In this document: in pieces, positions 30,818-42,639 of the stretch
How positions within the stretch are numbered: position 1 is the stretch's first letter
Layout: each line of letters opens with the position of its first letter
Source of the DNA: an uncultured Planctomycetaceae bacterium
GTDB taxonomy: Bacteria > Planctomycetota > Planctomycetia > Planctomycetales > Planctomycetaceae
Direction of reading: 5' to 3'
DNA length: 64,000 nucleotides
NCBI GenBank assembly: GCA_963813715.1
Contig: CAWFAK010000012.1
Span: forward strand, 256,001 to 320,000
Translations under genes and position numbers: made by a program
Notes under the pieces: generated by a model
The model's input: the letters and a program-made list of their open reading frames with translations, nothing else
The model's database searches: none
Told to the model about the DNA's origin: nothing

Positions 30818-33800
30818 TTAATTGTTCCCGGAAGACTCCAGGAGTTCTTCCTCTTCTTCTTGGATGATGATTCGAGGCGTGACCATCATCATCAGGCTTT
30901 CCGCTTCACGACCGATGCCCGTGTTGCGGAACAGCCGGTTGATGTACGGCAGCTGGTTCAAGATGGGAACGCCGGCCTCGTTGCGGCCTTCCCGCAAGGT
31001 CTTGATGCCGCCCAAGAGGACCGTACCGCCGTCCGGCACGCTGACCGTCGTGATGACCGTCACCGTTTGGACGACCGGCTGTTGGACCGTGATGTTACCC
31101 ACGGACAACGAGTTGGAAGTCGATGTACTGCTGGTACTGCTGGTACTTGTGGTCGACGTCGTCGTGCTTCCGCCGATACCCCCGAAGCCCGACGAACCCG
31201 AAGTACCGCCGCCGAAGCCCGTCGAACCGGCCGACCCGGACGAGCCGCTGGCACCGGGGCCCGCGCCGGTCGAACCGCTCTGGCCGGGAGCAGAGACGAA
31301 GGTGAAGGTGAACACGTCCGAGATGACACTGAAGTTCGGGACCACAGAGAGCCGCACGAAGCGCCGGTCCGCTGAGACCACCGCGGCCACCCGCATCGAT
31401 ACTCCCGAGGGAATTTGCTCGATGACGGGCTGGAACCCAACAGCGAACACACCGACGGTCGGCGTCACGCTGACCACGAACGGACGTTCCGTCACGTTGG
31501 CCACCGTCGCCGCCTGACCGTTGAAGAGCGTTACCTTGGGAGCAAACATGACGTTCGTTCGCGTGTCGCCCTGGGCGGCACGGATGAAGAAGAACGTCTC
31601 GATGTCACTCAGGATGGCAAAGCCGATCTGCATACCGGCGTCCGGATTGAAGTTGCCGAACTGCGGCACGCCGATGTCGAACGAGCCCTGCCGGAACGGA
31701 ACCGTGAGGTCCTGCGAGAAGGTTGTCGGCGAATCCATACCGACCACCGTTCCCTGGCTGGGCCATTTCTGAGTGTTGACGATGTTCAGCGGGAAGGGAA
31801 ACGCGTTGAAGGGCGCGAATCCACCGATCGACGAGCTGGAGCTGGACGTGCTCGAGGTCGAAGAGCTGGACGTGCTCGAGGTGCTGCTCGTGCTCGAGGT
31901 GCTCGAGGTCGAGCTGGTGCTGGAGCTGGAGGTCGAACTCGTGCTCGACGAGCTCGTGCTCGAAGTGCTCGTGCTGGAGGTCGAGCTGAAGATCGGGGCA
32001 CCGAACTGGCCCAGGCCCAGCGTCGACTGCGGCACGTTGGAGTTGACGTTGAAGTTGAAGTTCACGCCGACCGACTCGAAGAAGTCGTCGTCGACCGTGA
32101 TGAACCGGCATTCGACGGTCACCTGGAGGTCCTGCAGCCGCCGCAGCTGCTGCAACAGGTCGCGGATTTCGTCGTGGACCTTCTGCGTCTGACGGATGAC
32201 GAGGCTCAACGTCGTGTCGACCGACTGGATGTGCCCCTGTCCGCCGCTTTCATCCCACGATTCCGGCTCGATCGTGTTGACGATCAGATGCTTGATCGCG
32301 TCGAAATCGGGAGCCGAAGGCTGTCCGGCCGCGGCGCGAATTCCGGCCCCCGGAGCCATGCCCCCCGGGGACGTGGCACCGACCGGCTGACCGACCTGGA
32401 ACATGGCCTGCCCGGGCGAGCCCTGCGTGGTGTCGGCCGTCGGGACGATAAATTGGGCGCCGCCCGCGCCCCGCAAGAAGGAGACCGTCGCTGGCGGCGA
32501 GTTGGAAATTGGCACCACGAGGTCGGCCACCGGGTACGCCAACAGCACGGTCGTCCCCTGCTGCTTCAGGCGGCTGGTGATCAACAGCACCTCGTCCTTG
32601 GTCATGTAACCCATGTTGAGCGGATCGAGGATCAGGTTCAGAGCGCTGCGAAGCGTGATCCCGTCGACCCCGATCGTGATTTCCGTCGAAGTCGGAACGT
32701 GCTCCTCCTCGAGGGCCGCCGTATCCAGCACGATGTTCACGTCGGCAATCTTCTGAATGTGGCGGATGACCTCGACCAGCGGCGTCTTCTCGAAGTGCAG
32801 CGAGACCTGGCGGTTCAAGCTCTGCTCGATCTGCTTTTCAGGCTCGGTCCGCTGCTTGTTGTCCGGGCTGTCGTACTTGCCCTTGCGGCGCTTCGTCAGG
32901 CCGGCCCAGTCCTTGGGGAACTTGTAGGGCGAGCCGTACATCGGCGTGGCCGCCGCGTCTTCGACTTCCCACAGCTGGTTGAGGAAATTGTCTTCCTTGC
33001 GAATCTTCAGGTCGGCAATTCGGGCATTTTCGCGTCCGAGGCGGGCCTTGACGAACATCGTCTCGGCTACCGGATTTTCCTTGTCGAGCTCCTTGGCCTG
33101 CTTGGCGATCAGCTCGGCTTCGGTCCACCGATCCTGCTTCACGAGCTTGTTGTATTCGTCGACGAGGTCGGCAAATTCCTGCTCGACCCGCACGTGGTAC
33201 GCCTGCTCGTTCTCAATTTCCGTCTTGATCCGATCGTTTCGCGCCTTGACGGCGGCGACCGGGGCCTGCTGCTTCTGCTGCGCTTCGATGTCCGACTTGG
33301 AGCGGGCCAACAGCGTCATCAGCGGAGCGACGGCGTCCCGGCCCAGATCGGATTGATCGACGCTGGTAATCGCCGCGTCGAGAATCTGCAGGGCCTTCGC
33401 CGGATCGTTGTCCTTGACCCGCTCGGCCTTGAAGTGGGCGTTGAGCACCTCGGTCCGCAGCTTCTCGAACTTCAGCGCCCGTTGCTGATCGGCAATGTCG
33501 ATCCGGGAAGCGGTCGGACGCTTGGGAGGATTCGCCGCGTCGTTGGCCGTCGAGGGGAACTGACCCGCCACCTGCTGAACGTTGCGCGAACGCACCGGAG
33601 CCAGGTCGCGGAGGAAGTCGTGCAACTGTCGGTCGCGATAGCGATCCAGCTGCTGCCCGCTGCGATAGCACTGCAAGAAGGCGGCATACGCGTTGTCGCG
33701 ATGGCCCTCGCGGAGTTCATGCATGCCCAGGGCGAACAGGTCGTCCGCCGACGCGCCGCTCGGCACGATCACGGGCACTTCGGCCTGACGGGCCGGAGTC

Positions 33801-35724
33801 GGTGCCGGAGAATACGGATTGTCGGCCGTAAAGGCGTCGGCCGGGCTGACCGGGGCTTTCGCAGCCGGAGCAGCGGCCGGCATTTCCGGCTCGCTGGGAA
33901 TCGCGGAAGCAGTCACCGGAGCCGCCGGAAGCGCCAGGGCGCGGCCGGCAGGGCGGACACAGACTCTTCCGGCGGAGCCGCCTGGGCGACCGTCGGCGGA
34001 GCCGGAGCGTCGGTGACGACGGGCAGCGACGGCGGTGCGCTCTTGGCGACCGAGCCTTCGCTTTCCGCCCGATCGATGTCGGCCAAAACCAGTTCCGGTC
34101 GGTCGTCCATGACCGAGTAGGCCACATCGAGAGTGAGCGCTTCCTTGGCTTTACGACGAGCGTCGGCCAGGTGGCCTTTCTTCAAATCGCTCCGGGCCTC
34201 GCGGATCAGGCCGAGCGCCTGCTCCTTGGTCCACTTGCCGCTCGTCGACTGAGTGGCCTGGTGCGAAGCCTGGTTGACGCCGAACGGAGATTCATCGTTA
34301 GCGACGGCCTGCCGGACGTCCGAGGGCTGCGTGGCACTCGGAGTGGCCGGTTGACCGCCTTGCGATTCGCGAAGAGCGATCGATTCGAGGACGAGTTCCG
34401 GACGATCGTCGAACGGGCTGTAGGCGACGTTCATCTTGCCGACTTGCTGCGCCTTCTGCGCGCCGCGTCGATGCGTCCCGCTCGCAAATCCTCACGGGCC
34501 TTGAGCAACAGGTCCTGCGCCTTCTGGCCCTCGGCTGCCGGCGTCAGGTTGGTCTTATTGGAGGTCAATTCGCCCCAGTTGTCCTGGCCATTGGGCCGGG
34601 CGCCGGAGGTGAGGTCGCGGACGCGCTGAGCGCGGGCGATGTCGGCCAGCACCGTATCCGGACGGTCCTCGAACATGCCGAAGACCACGTTGAGCTGCCG
34701 AGCCTTTTGGGCTTTCTTGGTCGCGTCTTCAAAGTGTCCCGCCTGCAGATCGGTCCGAGCCTGCCGAATCAAGTCGACGGCTTGGGCACGCACGGGATCG
34801 GCCGACTCGGCCGTCTTCCGCTGCGCGGGCAAAGGTCTTGGTGCCGGTGGTCAGTTCGATCTCAGCCAGCAGAGCCTGCGGCTGATCGTCAAGAACTTCC
34901 CACTTCACCTGGAATTCATCCGCCTTGAGGGCCTTGATGCGGGCCGTCGCAAAGTCGTGCTTGTCGAAGGCCGCGCGGGCTTCGGCCAGCAGGCGCTTGG
35001 CCTGGGCCTTGGCGTCGACGGCCTGGGGAGCCGGCGTGACATGGGCCTTAGGCGCGTTGGCGCCGAAGTCCTGGAAATCGGCCGGTGACTCGGCCGGCGC
35101 CTGACCGCGAACGACCAGGTTCTCGTTGGTCGCTGGACCGACGACCGTCTTCGAGCCATGGCTGAGCCGATCAATCTCGGTCACCAACTGACTCGTCTTC
35201 GTATCGAAGAACTTGTAAGCGAGTTCAATTTTGTGCGCGGCGGCCGCTTTGGCGCGGGCCAGGTCGAGACGACCGGTATTGAGGTCGTCGCGGGCTGCGT
35301 CCAAGAGGGCGGCCACGTAGCGATGTTTCTTGTCGGCGGTCGCGGCCGGCGATTCGGCCTTCGGCGCGGCCTCTTTCGCGGCTGCCTTCTGCTCCAGCGA
35401 CATCAGCTGGATCAGCACCACCTCGGGCGAACGCTCGCCGGGCAGCCAGCGAACCGGCAGTGCCGCCGCGCAATGCGCCAGCACGGCCGCTTGCTTGAAC
35501 CGCTTCTCTTTGGCCAAGCGGTCGGCTTCCACCAGGATTCTTTGGGCCGTCTTCTTATAGGCCTCGTTGGCCGAAGACGGCTGGTCCGGTGCGACGGCCC
35601 GCCACGCGGCGATCGGCTCGGTGGCCGAGGCGTCGTCTGCGTGGAGTGGACGGATGACGGCGAAGGCCGCCAGCGTGCCGACTCCGGCCGCGGTCATGGC
35701 GAAGAATGCGAATCGAGTGCGCAA
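30818..35724 (-). CDS. Giant secretin (GspD/PilQ-like, about 1630 aa), split by about three frameshifts near 34830, 34440 and 33930
   Basis: C-terminal QVTVECRF, APKVTLFNGQ, VSVPDGGTVLLGG, GVPIL..LPYINRLF and MMVTPRII; TTG at 35724 after AAGGAGG. Confidence 0.85.
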
Positions 35725-36008
35725 GGTTCGTTCCTCCTTCACTGCGTGAAGGCCGAAGTTCCGCAGTCCCGGATCAGTTCCGTTAAGTCGGTTCATGGCA
35801 CATCCAGAAGTGTCGTGCACGGTCGCGGTTGACGGACGCCGATTAAGCAAATCCCCGCGCGCCTGGGGAGGTTCGGTCGCCTGTCCCGCGAGGGACCGCG
35901 GCCGAACCGCACACAGTCGCGACGGTCTGAAATTCTGCTATTGATCTGCTGTCGGGAGAGGGAAGGGAGATGAGTGGGCGGCTAGATACCTGATTGCCGC
36001 GAACAGGG

Positions 36009-37382
36009 TCAAGAGCGTTTGCGCCCTTTTTTCGCCGGAGCGTCCGCATTTTTCTCGGGAGCAGGAATTGCGGCAAAATCTGCCGGCGGCTGCAGGTCTT
36101 CCGGCGGCAAATAGGCCGATTCGATGCTCGCTTTCTCGTACGCTTCGACGAGCACTTTCCGCATGGCTTCCTTTTGGATCTTCTCTTCGAGAGCCTGTCG
36201 AATGACTTCTTGAACTTCGGCCAGCGGACGTTTGCCGGCCGGCTTGCGCTCCATCACGCGGACCAGGCGATAACCTTCGCGGCCCGACAACACGGGGCTC
36301 GTTTCGCCGGCCGCCAGGCCCCGCAGCGTCGTGGAGATCTTTTCGTCGACCATGCTCTCGACCCGCGTCCACGGCTGTTTGCCGCCGTCTTCCGCATGCA
36401 GTCCGTCGGAGTATTTCTTGGCGACTTTGTCGAAGCTTTCGCCCTTCGCGAGCGCGTCGACGGCCTTGGTCAACAGGTCAAGCGCCCCTTGCCGTCCGCT
36501 GTGCTTATCGAAATCGATTTCCAACAGCTGCCAGTGGACTTTTTCGGGAAAGCTGAATTTAGCGTCGTTTTGCTGGTAGTACGCGAGGATGTCTTCGCGG
36601 CCGACGATGTGCTCTTTCTTCGATTTTCCGCGGAGATATTCGTCGGCAAGCAACCGGTTGCGGAATTCGTCCTTCAGAGCGACCAGCGACGTCCCCTGCT
36701 TGTGCAGCCCTTCGTCCACTTCGTGCGCGGTCAGTACGTTGAAGTCTTTCTTGAGCTTCTCGGCGTAGTTCTCGAATTCCTTGCTGACCGCGTCTTCGAT
36801 TTTCTTCTGCTGCTCTTTCTCGAGCGCGCTGATCATGGCCTGCGCCAGCACGCGCGTCTTCACATAGTCCTTGCCGAACTTGTGGATCGCGGCCACCTGC
36901 AGCTCGGTGTATTCGTGCTCGGTCAGTTGACCGGCCGCCATCGCCCGGGCCGCGATGAGCAGACTCATGCCTTCCCGCGTCAGGGGCTCGGTCGCCGCCC
37001 GCTCGAAGATTTCCGAGGCAAACAGGGGCTGGCCGTTGATCGACGCGATGATTTCGTTGCCCGACATCTTCTTGTCGGGAATCTTGATGGCCGGATGCTT
37101 GGCGTCGGCCTCGAACGTGGCGGCCGCCTGCGTCACCGAGTTGTCGGGCGAGCTGCCGCGGGTCGTCGTCGTGGCGACGTTGTTCGTCGCTTCCGGAGCT
37201 GCCGGCGCCGCTTCCGGAGACACCACGGCCGTGTCGGCCGTTTTGCTCGGGGCATCGGTCGCTTTCACCACTTTTCGCGGCGGCGGCGGACCAAACACGG
37301 GATCGCCCACCTTGGCCGGATCGAGCAGATCGCAGCCGGCGAGGATCGCCAAAAGCGTCAACAGGGGCAGCAAATACCGCAT
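36009..37382 (-). CDS. Parvulin-type peptidyl-prolyl isomerase lipoprotein (SurA/PrsA-like)
   Basis: Lipobox LAGC; GESFDKVAKKYSDG..AEDGG and GETSPV motifs. Confidence 0.85.
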   Translation of the reverse strand: MRYLLPLLTLLAILAGCDLLDPAKVGDPVFGPPPPRKVVKATDAPSKTADTAVVSPEAAPAAPEATNNVATTTTRGSSPDNSVTQAAATFEADAKHPAIKIPDKKMSGNEIIASINGQPLFASEIFERAATEPLTREGMSLLIAARAMAAGQLTEHEYTELQVAAIHKFGKDYVKTRVLAQAMISALEKEQQKKIEDAVSKEFENYAEKLKKDFNVLTAHEVDEGLHKQGTSLVALKDEFRNRLLADEYLRGKSKKEHIVGREDILAYYQQNDAKFSFPEKVHWQLLEIDFDKHSGRQGALDLLTKAVDALAKGESFDKVAKKYSDGLHAEDGGKQPWTRVESMVDEKISTTLRGLAAGETSPVLSGREGYRLVRVMERKPAGKRPLAEVQEVIRQALEEKIQKEAMRKVLVEAYEKASIESAYLPPEDLQPPADFAAIPAPEKNADAPAKKGRKRS

Positions 37383-37546
37383 TCGGGCTGTGTCCCGGTG
37401 CGCAGCGACAGAGCAGCGACTTGCTCCTGGCGAACGGCTCAGTTCACCGCTCGCTCGGGCCGGTCGTGCCATGGATTGCTGCGCCTATGGAGGGGCCGGA
37501 AGCCGGGCAACGAAGGGAGGAAAGGGGGCGGATTATCGCGCTGCGT

Positions 37547-40500
37547 CTACGCTGGCTGCAACACCGATTTGAGCGTCGCCACCAGCTCGTCCGTGCTGAG
37601 TTCACGTTCCGGCAGCACGAGATACGCGCTCAGCGCGTCGACGACGCGCAATTGCCCTTCCCAACGCTTCGCCAACTGCCCTATCTTGCGCAGGATTCCG
37701 ATAACGAAAGACCGCGTACTTCGGCGCCTCGAGGTGAATGTCGTCGATCTGCCAGTGATGGGCGAACACTTGCAGTTGACGCACCTCCCGCAGTCGCTCG
37801 ACTTCCGGCGGCAGCGGGCCAAAGCGATCGCGCAGCTCGGCCTCCCACTCGGCCAGTTGCTCGACCGATTCGACCTGCGACAGCTTGCGATAGATCTCGA
37901 TCTTCTGCTTCATCGACGCCACGTACGAACCGGGCAAAAACGCGGACACCGGCAGATCGATGCCGACGTGGAACGGCTCGCGCACCGGCTCGTTTTTCAG
38001 CGACCGCACCGCGTTATCGAGCAACCGGCAATACAGCTCGTAGCCGACCGAGGTGATGTGGCCGCTCTGCTCTGTCCCCAGGATGTTGCCCGCGCCGCGG
38101 ATTTCCAGGTCGCGCATGGCGATCTTGAAGCCGGCCCCCAGCTCGCTGAATTCTTCGATCGCCTTGAGCCGCCGGGCGGCCGTCGACGTGAGCGTCTGCC
38201 CCTCCTCCAGCAGCAAGTAGCAGTACGCCCGGTGTTTGTAGCGGCCGACGCGACCGCGCAATTGGTGCATGTCGGCCAGGCCGTACTTGCCCGCCTGGTG
38301 GATGAAGATCGTGTTGGCATTGGGGATGTCGAGGCCGCTTTCGACGATCGTCGTGCAGACCAGCACGTCGGTCTTGCCGGTGACGAACTTGAACATCGCC
38401 TCTTCGAGCTGGTGTTCGCCCATCTGGCCGTGAGCCACGTCGAAGCGGGCCTCCGGCACGATCGACTGCAGCCGATCGGCAAGCGTGCGGATGTTGTAGA
38501 CCCGGTTGTGGACGAAGAAGACTTGCCCGTTGCGGTTCAGCTCGCGAATGATGGCCCTGCGGATCAACTCGGCGTCGAACCGGCAGATGCGGGTCTCGAT
38601 CGCCTGGCGGTCGCGCGGCGGCGTCGTCAGGTTCGAGATATCGCGAATGCCCAAAAGCGACAAATGCAGCGTCCGCGGGATCGGCGTGGCGCTCATCGTC
38701 AGCACGTCGACTTCCAGCCGCAGCCGCTTGAGCATCTCCTTCGCGTCGACGCCGAACCGCTGCTCTTCGTCGATGACCAACAGCCCCAGATCCTTGAAGC
38801 GGACGTCTTTCTGCACCATCCGGTGCGTGCCGACCACGATGTCGACTTCGCCCGTCTCCATGCCCAAGAGCGTTTCTTGCTGCTGGCCCTTCGTGCAAAA
38901 CCGCGAGAGCACGTGCACGTTGAACGGAAACTCGGCCAGCCGCTCGCTAAACGTTCGATAATGCTGCTCGGCGAGCACCGTCGTGGGGACGAGCACGGCC
39001 ACTTGCTTGCCCGCTTCGACCGCCTTGAAGGCGGCCCGCATCGCCACTTCGGTTTTGCCGTAGCCGACATCGCCGCAGAGCAGCCGGTCCATGGGCCGCA
39101 GCCGCTGCATGTCCTCTTTGACGTCGATGATGGCCGACGCCTGGTCCTTCGTTTCGGTGTAAGGAAAGGCCGCCTCGAACTCCTGCTGCCAGTGGCTGTC
39201 GACGGGAAAGGCGATTCCCTCGCGGGCTTCGCGGCGGGCCTGCAGTTGGATCATGTCGCTGGCCAGGTCGAGCACGGCGCTCGCCACGCGTTCCTTCTTC
39301 TTGGCCCACGTCGCGCTGCCCAGCTTGGAAAGTTGCGGCGACGACTTGCTCGCGCCGATGTACTTCTGCACCAGATAAATCAGCGAAATCGGCACATAGA
39401 CCCGCACGTTGTCGGCGAACTCCAGTATCAGGTGTTCCTCTTTCTGGTCGCCTTTATCGAGCAACTCCATGCCGCGATAGATGCCGATGCCGTTTGTGAG
39501 ATGAACGACCAGGTCTCCCTCGCTCAGCTCCAAAAACGTATCGATGGCCCGCGTTTCGTAAGTGCGGCGGCGGGCCTCGCGACGGAGTTCCGTTCGCCCG
39601 AACAGCTCCTGATCGCTGAGGACGATCAGACCTTCGGCGACGAGACGAAAGCCGTGCGTCACGTGGCCGATGCACAGCTCCACGCGGCCGCCCAGCGTGC
39701 GGCCCGGCTCCGCCAGCAACTCGGCCAGGCGGGTCCGTTCGCCGTCGTTGTGACAGGCGATCAGCACCTGTTCGTCGCGGCCGACGACCGATTCCAGCTC
39801 CGCCAAGGCTTCGGTCCGCGGCCCGCTGAATCGCTCGATCGACTCGACCCGCAGATGGCACGTCGTGTCGTAGCTGTCGCCGGCAATCGCCGCGACCGTC
39901 AGCGAGGGGAATTTCGTCAGCCGCTCCAGCGTGTGCGCGACGGTGAACAGGCCCCGCGGATTCTCCATCCGCATGAGGTACGTTTTGCCCTCTTCGACGA
40001 TGTCGGCCAGCTCGCCCAGCGCGATCCACGTGCCGGCTGGCAGCGAATCGATCAGACTCTCTTCCGCCGCACGATCGTTGGCTGTGCGATCATTGCGCGA
40101 TCCTTTGTCTTCGGTGGCGCTCTCACCCAAGTCAGCCGCCGGCTCCTTGCGGGCGCCGACGATCGTCAGTTCGACCTCGGTCAGATCTTCCAGCTTGCGC
40201 TGCGTTTCGGCGTCGAAACGGCGGATCGATTCGACCTCTTCGCCAAACAGCTCGATGCGGATCGGATCCTCGGCGTCCGCGGGGAACAGGTCGAGAATGC
40301 CGCCGTGCATACAGAATTCGCCGGCAATTTCGATCGCCGGCACGCGCTCAAACCCCTGCTCGACCAGCCAGCGCAACAGCCCGTCGATCTCCAACGTCTC
40401 GCCGACGCGAACAGTTCGCGTGCCCGCCACCCGCTCGGCCCGCGGAGGCACCGGCTGCAGCAAAGCCGAAATGCTCGTCACGATCACCCGCGGCGGCTCG

Positions 40501-40863
40501 TCACTCCCCAGCCGGCGCAGCACCCGCAGCCGCCCGCCGTAAATCGGATCGCGAACTCCCGACTCTTGCGGCAGCGATTCCCACGCGGGAAAGATCTCGG
40601 GGGCGGTGCCGAGAAAGCCCATCACGTCGGCGGCGAAATCGTCGACTTCCGACGGCCGCGGCAGCGACGACCAGCAGCGTCCCCGGGCAACGGCTCGCGA
40701 TGGCGGCGGCCGTCAGCGCGCACGACGACCCCCAGGCTCCGTCGACGGCGGCACTCTCGCCCCGGGCAAGAGCGGCCGCCACTTCGACCAGCCCCTCGCT
40801 CTGCAATAACCTGGGCACCAGGTCCGTAAGGGCCGTGGCGACGATTGGGCCCGTCGCTGCCAT
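37547..40863 (-). CDS. mfd: Transcription-repair coupling factor, frameshifts near 40660 and 37690
   Basis: GDLVVH..GIG, CGDVGYGKTEV, DEEQRFG, SATPIPRT, QLRGRVGR and RDLEIRGAGN. Confidence 0.95.
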
Positions 40864-41206
40864 CGAGGGAATTGTAGCTTTTTGCCGCGTTTTGAAAACC
40901 CCGCAACTCCTGTTTCGCCCGATGGTTGCGTCCCTCGACCAACGACAGCCTTGCGCGGTTCGGCGAACGTTGCAGTTGTTCACCGACCCGGCGAGCCGCC
41001 TGCGTCAGCTGGCGGGTGCTTTTTATCGTTTCCTCCTTTGCTTGGTCTCTTCGCTGTCTTTCCGACGTCATCCCGCCTCGGGCACGCAATTTGCCAATCA
41101 CAGGCGCAATTCGCATACCAAGAGGATGATGCCGCCGCGGGAGTCTTCCTCGCCGATTTCTTGCCGCTCATTCCGTCCGCCACACCGCCAACCCCGGAAC
41201 ACTCCA

Positions 41207-42257
41207 ATGGAACGCCGCCACTTTTTGAAAACGGTTACCGTCGGCACGACCCTCTCGGCCGCTGCCGCGAATCTTCGGTCTACCTCGCACAACGCGGAAG
41301 CTCGCGCCGACGAGGCCGCCGTCGACAAGCCCGGCCCGCAAGAAACCGTTCGCGGCGAGATGCGCTACCGCACGCTCGGTCGCACGGGTGAGAAGGTCTC
41401 GCTCATCGGCCTGGGCGGCTTCCACATCGGCGTGCAGCCCGATGAGCAGGAAAGCTTCAAGATCATCCGCACGGCCATCGATCGCGGCATCACGTTCCTC
41501 GACAACTCGTGGGACTACCACATGGGCGGCAGCGAAGAGCGAATGGGCAAGGCGCTCCGCGACGGCTACCGCGACAAAGTCTTCCTCATGACCAAGATCG
41601 ACGGCCGCACTGCCGCCGAAGCCAACAAGCAACTCGACGACTGCCTCACGCCGCCTGCAGACCGATCACATCGACCTCGTGCAGCATCACGAAGTCATCC
41701 GCATGGAAGACCCCGACCGCATCTTCGCCCAAAACGGCGCGAACGACGCCCTGCTCGCCGCGAAGAAGGCGGGAAAGATCCGCTACATCGGCTTCACCGG
41801 CCACAAGGACCCGCTCGTTCATCTGCGGATGCTGCAGACGGCAGAAAAGCACGGCTTCCACTTCGACACCGTGCAGATGCCGATCAACGTGATGGACGCC
41901 CACTTCCGCAGCTTCAGCCGCAACGTGGTGCCCGTCGCCGTCGAACAAGGCATCGGCGTACTCGGCATGAAACCAATGGGCAGCGGTCAGATCCTCATCA
42001 GCCAAACGGTGACGCCCATCGAATGCCTGCACTACGCCATGAGCCTGCCAACGTCGGTGGTGATCACCGGCATCGACAGCCTCAAAATCCTCGACCAGGC
42101 CTTCGAGGCCGTGAAGACTTTCCAACCGCTCAACTCAGAACAAATCGCCGCCCTCTTGAAAAAGACGGCCCAAGCCGCCGAGAACGGCCGCTTCGAGCCG
42201 TTCAAAACAACAAGCGGCTTCGACGCGACGGCGAAGCATCCGGAGTGGCTGGGGTAG
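41207..42257 (+). CDS. Aldo/keto reductase with a Tat-like signal, frameshift near 41650
   Basis: MERRHFLK twin-arginine motif; YRTLGRTG, DNSWDY, GSEERMG and GKIRYIGFTGH. Confidence 0.9.
42068..42257 (+). repeat. Direct repeat copy 1 (3' end of the aldo/keto reductase gene)
   Basis: 190 bp aligning without gaps to 45199-45388 (8 differences by manual comparison). Confidence 0.95.
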
Positions 42258-42639
42258 TTACTTCGCGCTGACGCCGTGTGCTTCGCTACATCAGCCGCGG
42301 TGCCCGGGCCGAGACGAACGAGTGACTCCGTCTGTCGCGGCGTGTCGCCCTGCCGACAATTGCCGCGAGAGAATTAATTGTTCGCTTGAGCCGACCTCGA
42401 CTTTTATACTGGGCGACGTCTAGCCCCAGCAGACTGCGGCCAAATTGGGATCGCCAATGATCCGCAGCTATCGCTTTGCCCTCTACGACGAGCCGACCGA
42501 TCTCACGGGCCAGGATCTGATCAGCCTGGCAGGCCGGTCGAGAAAAAAGGTGAAAGCGCTGATCCCAATTCTCATGGACCAGTAGAAATGCAGAGGCGGT
42601 GGTCGTTCACGAAAAAGGTCCGAGCGGCGAACGGAGACA

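Noticed and set aside
35994..40829. 1611-aa plus-strand ORF, and similar long ORFs at 1190, 31415, 56059 and 58076
   Set aside because: Antisense shadows of recognisable genes (mfd, bamA, secretin, S9 peptidase, TlpA), as expected in high-GC DNA
42457..42585. 42-aa ORF after the AKR gene
   Set aside because: No clear RBS or recognisable motif; cannot be supported
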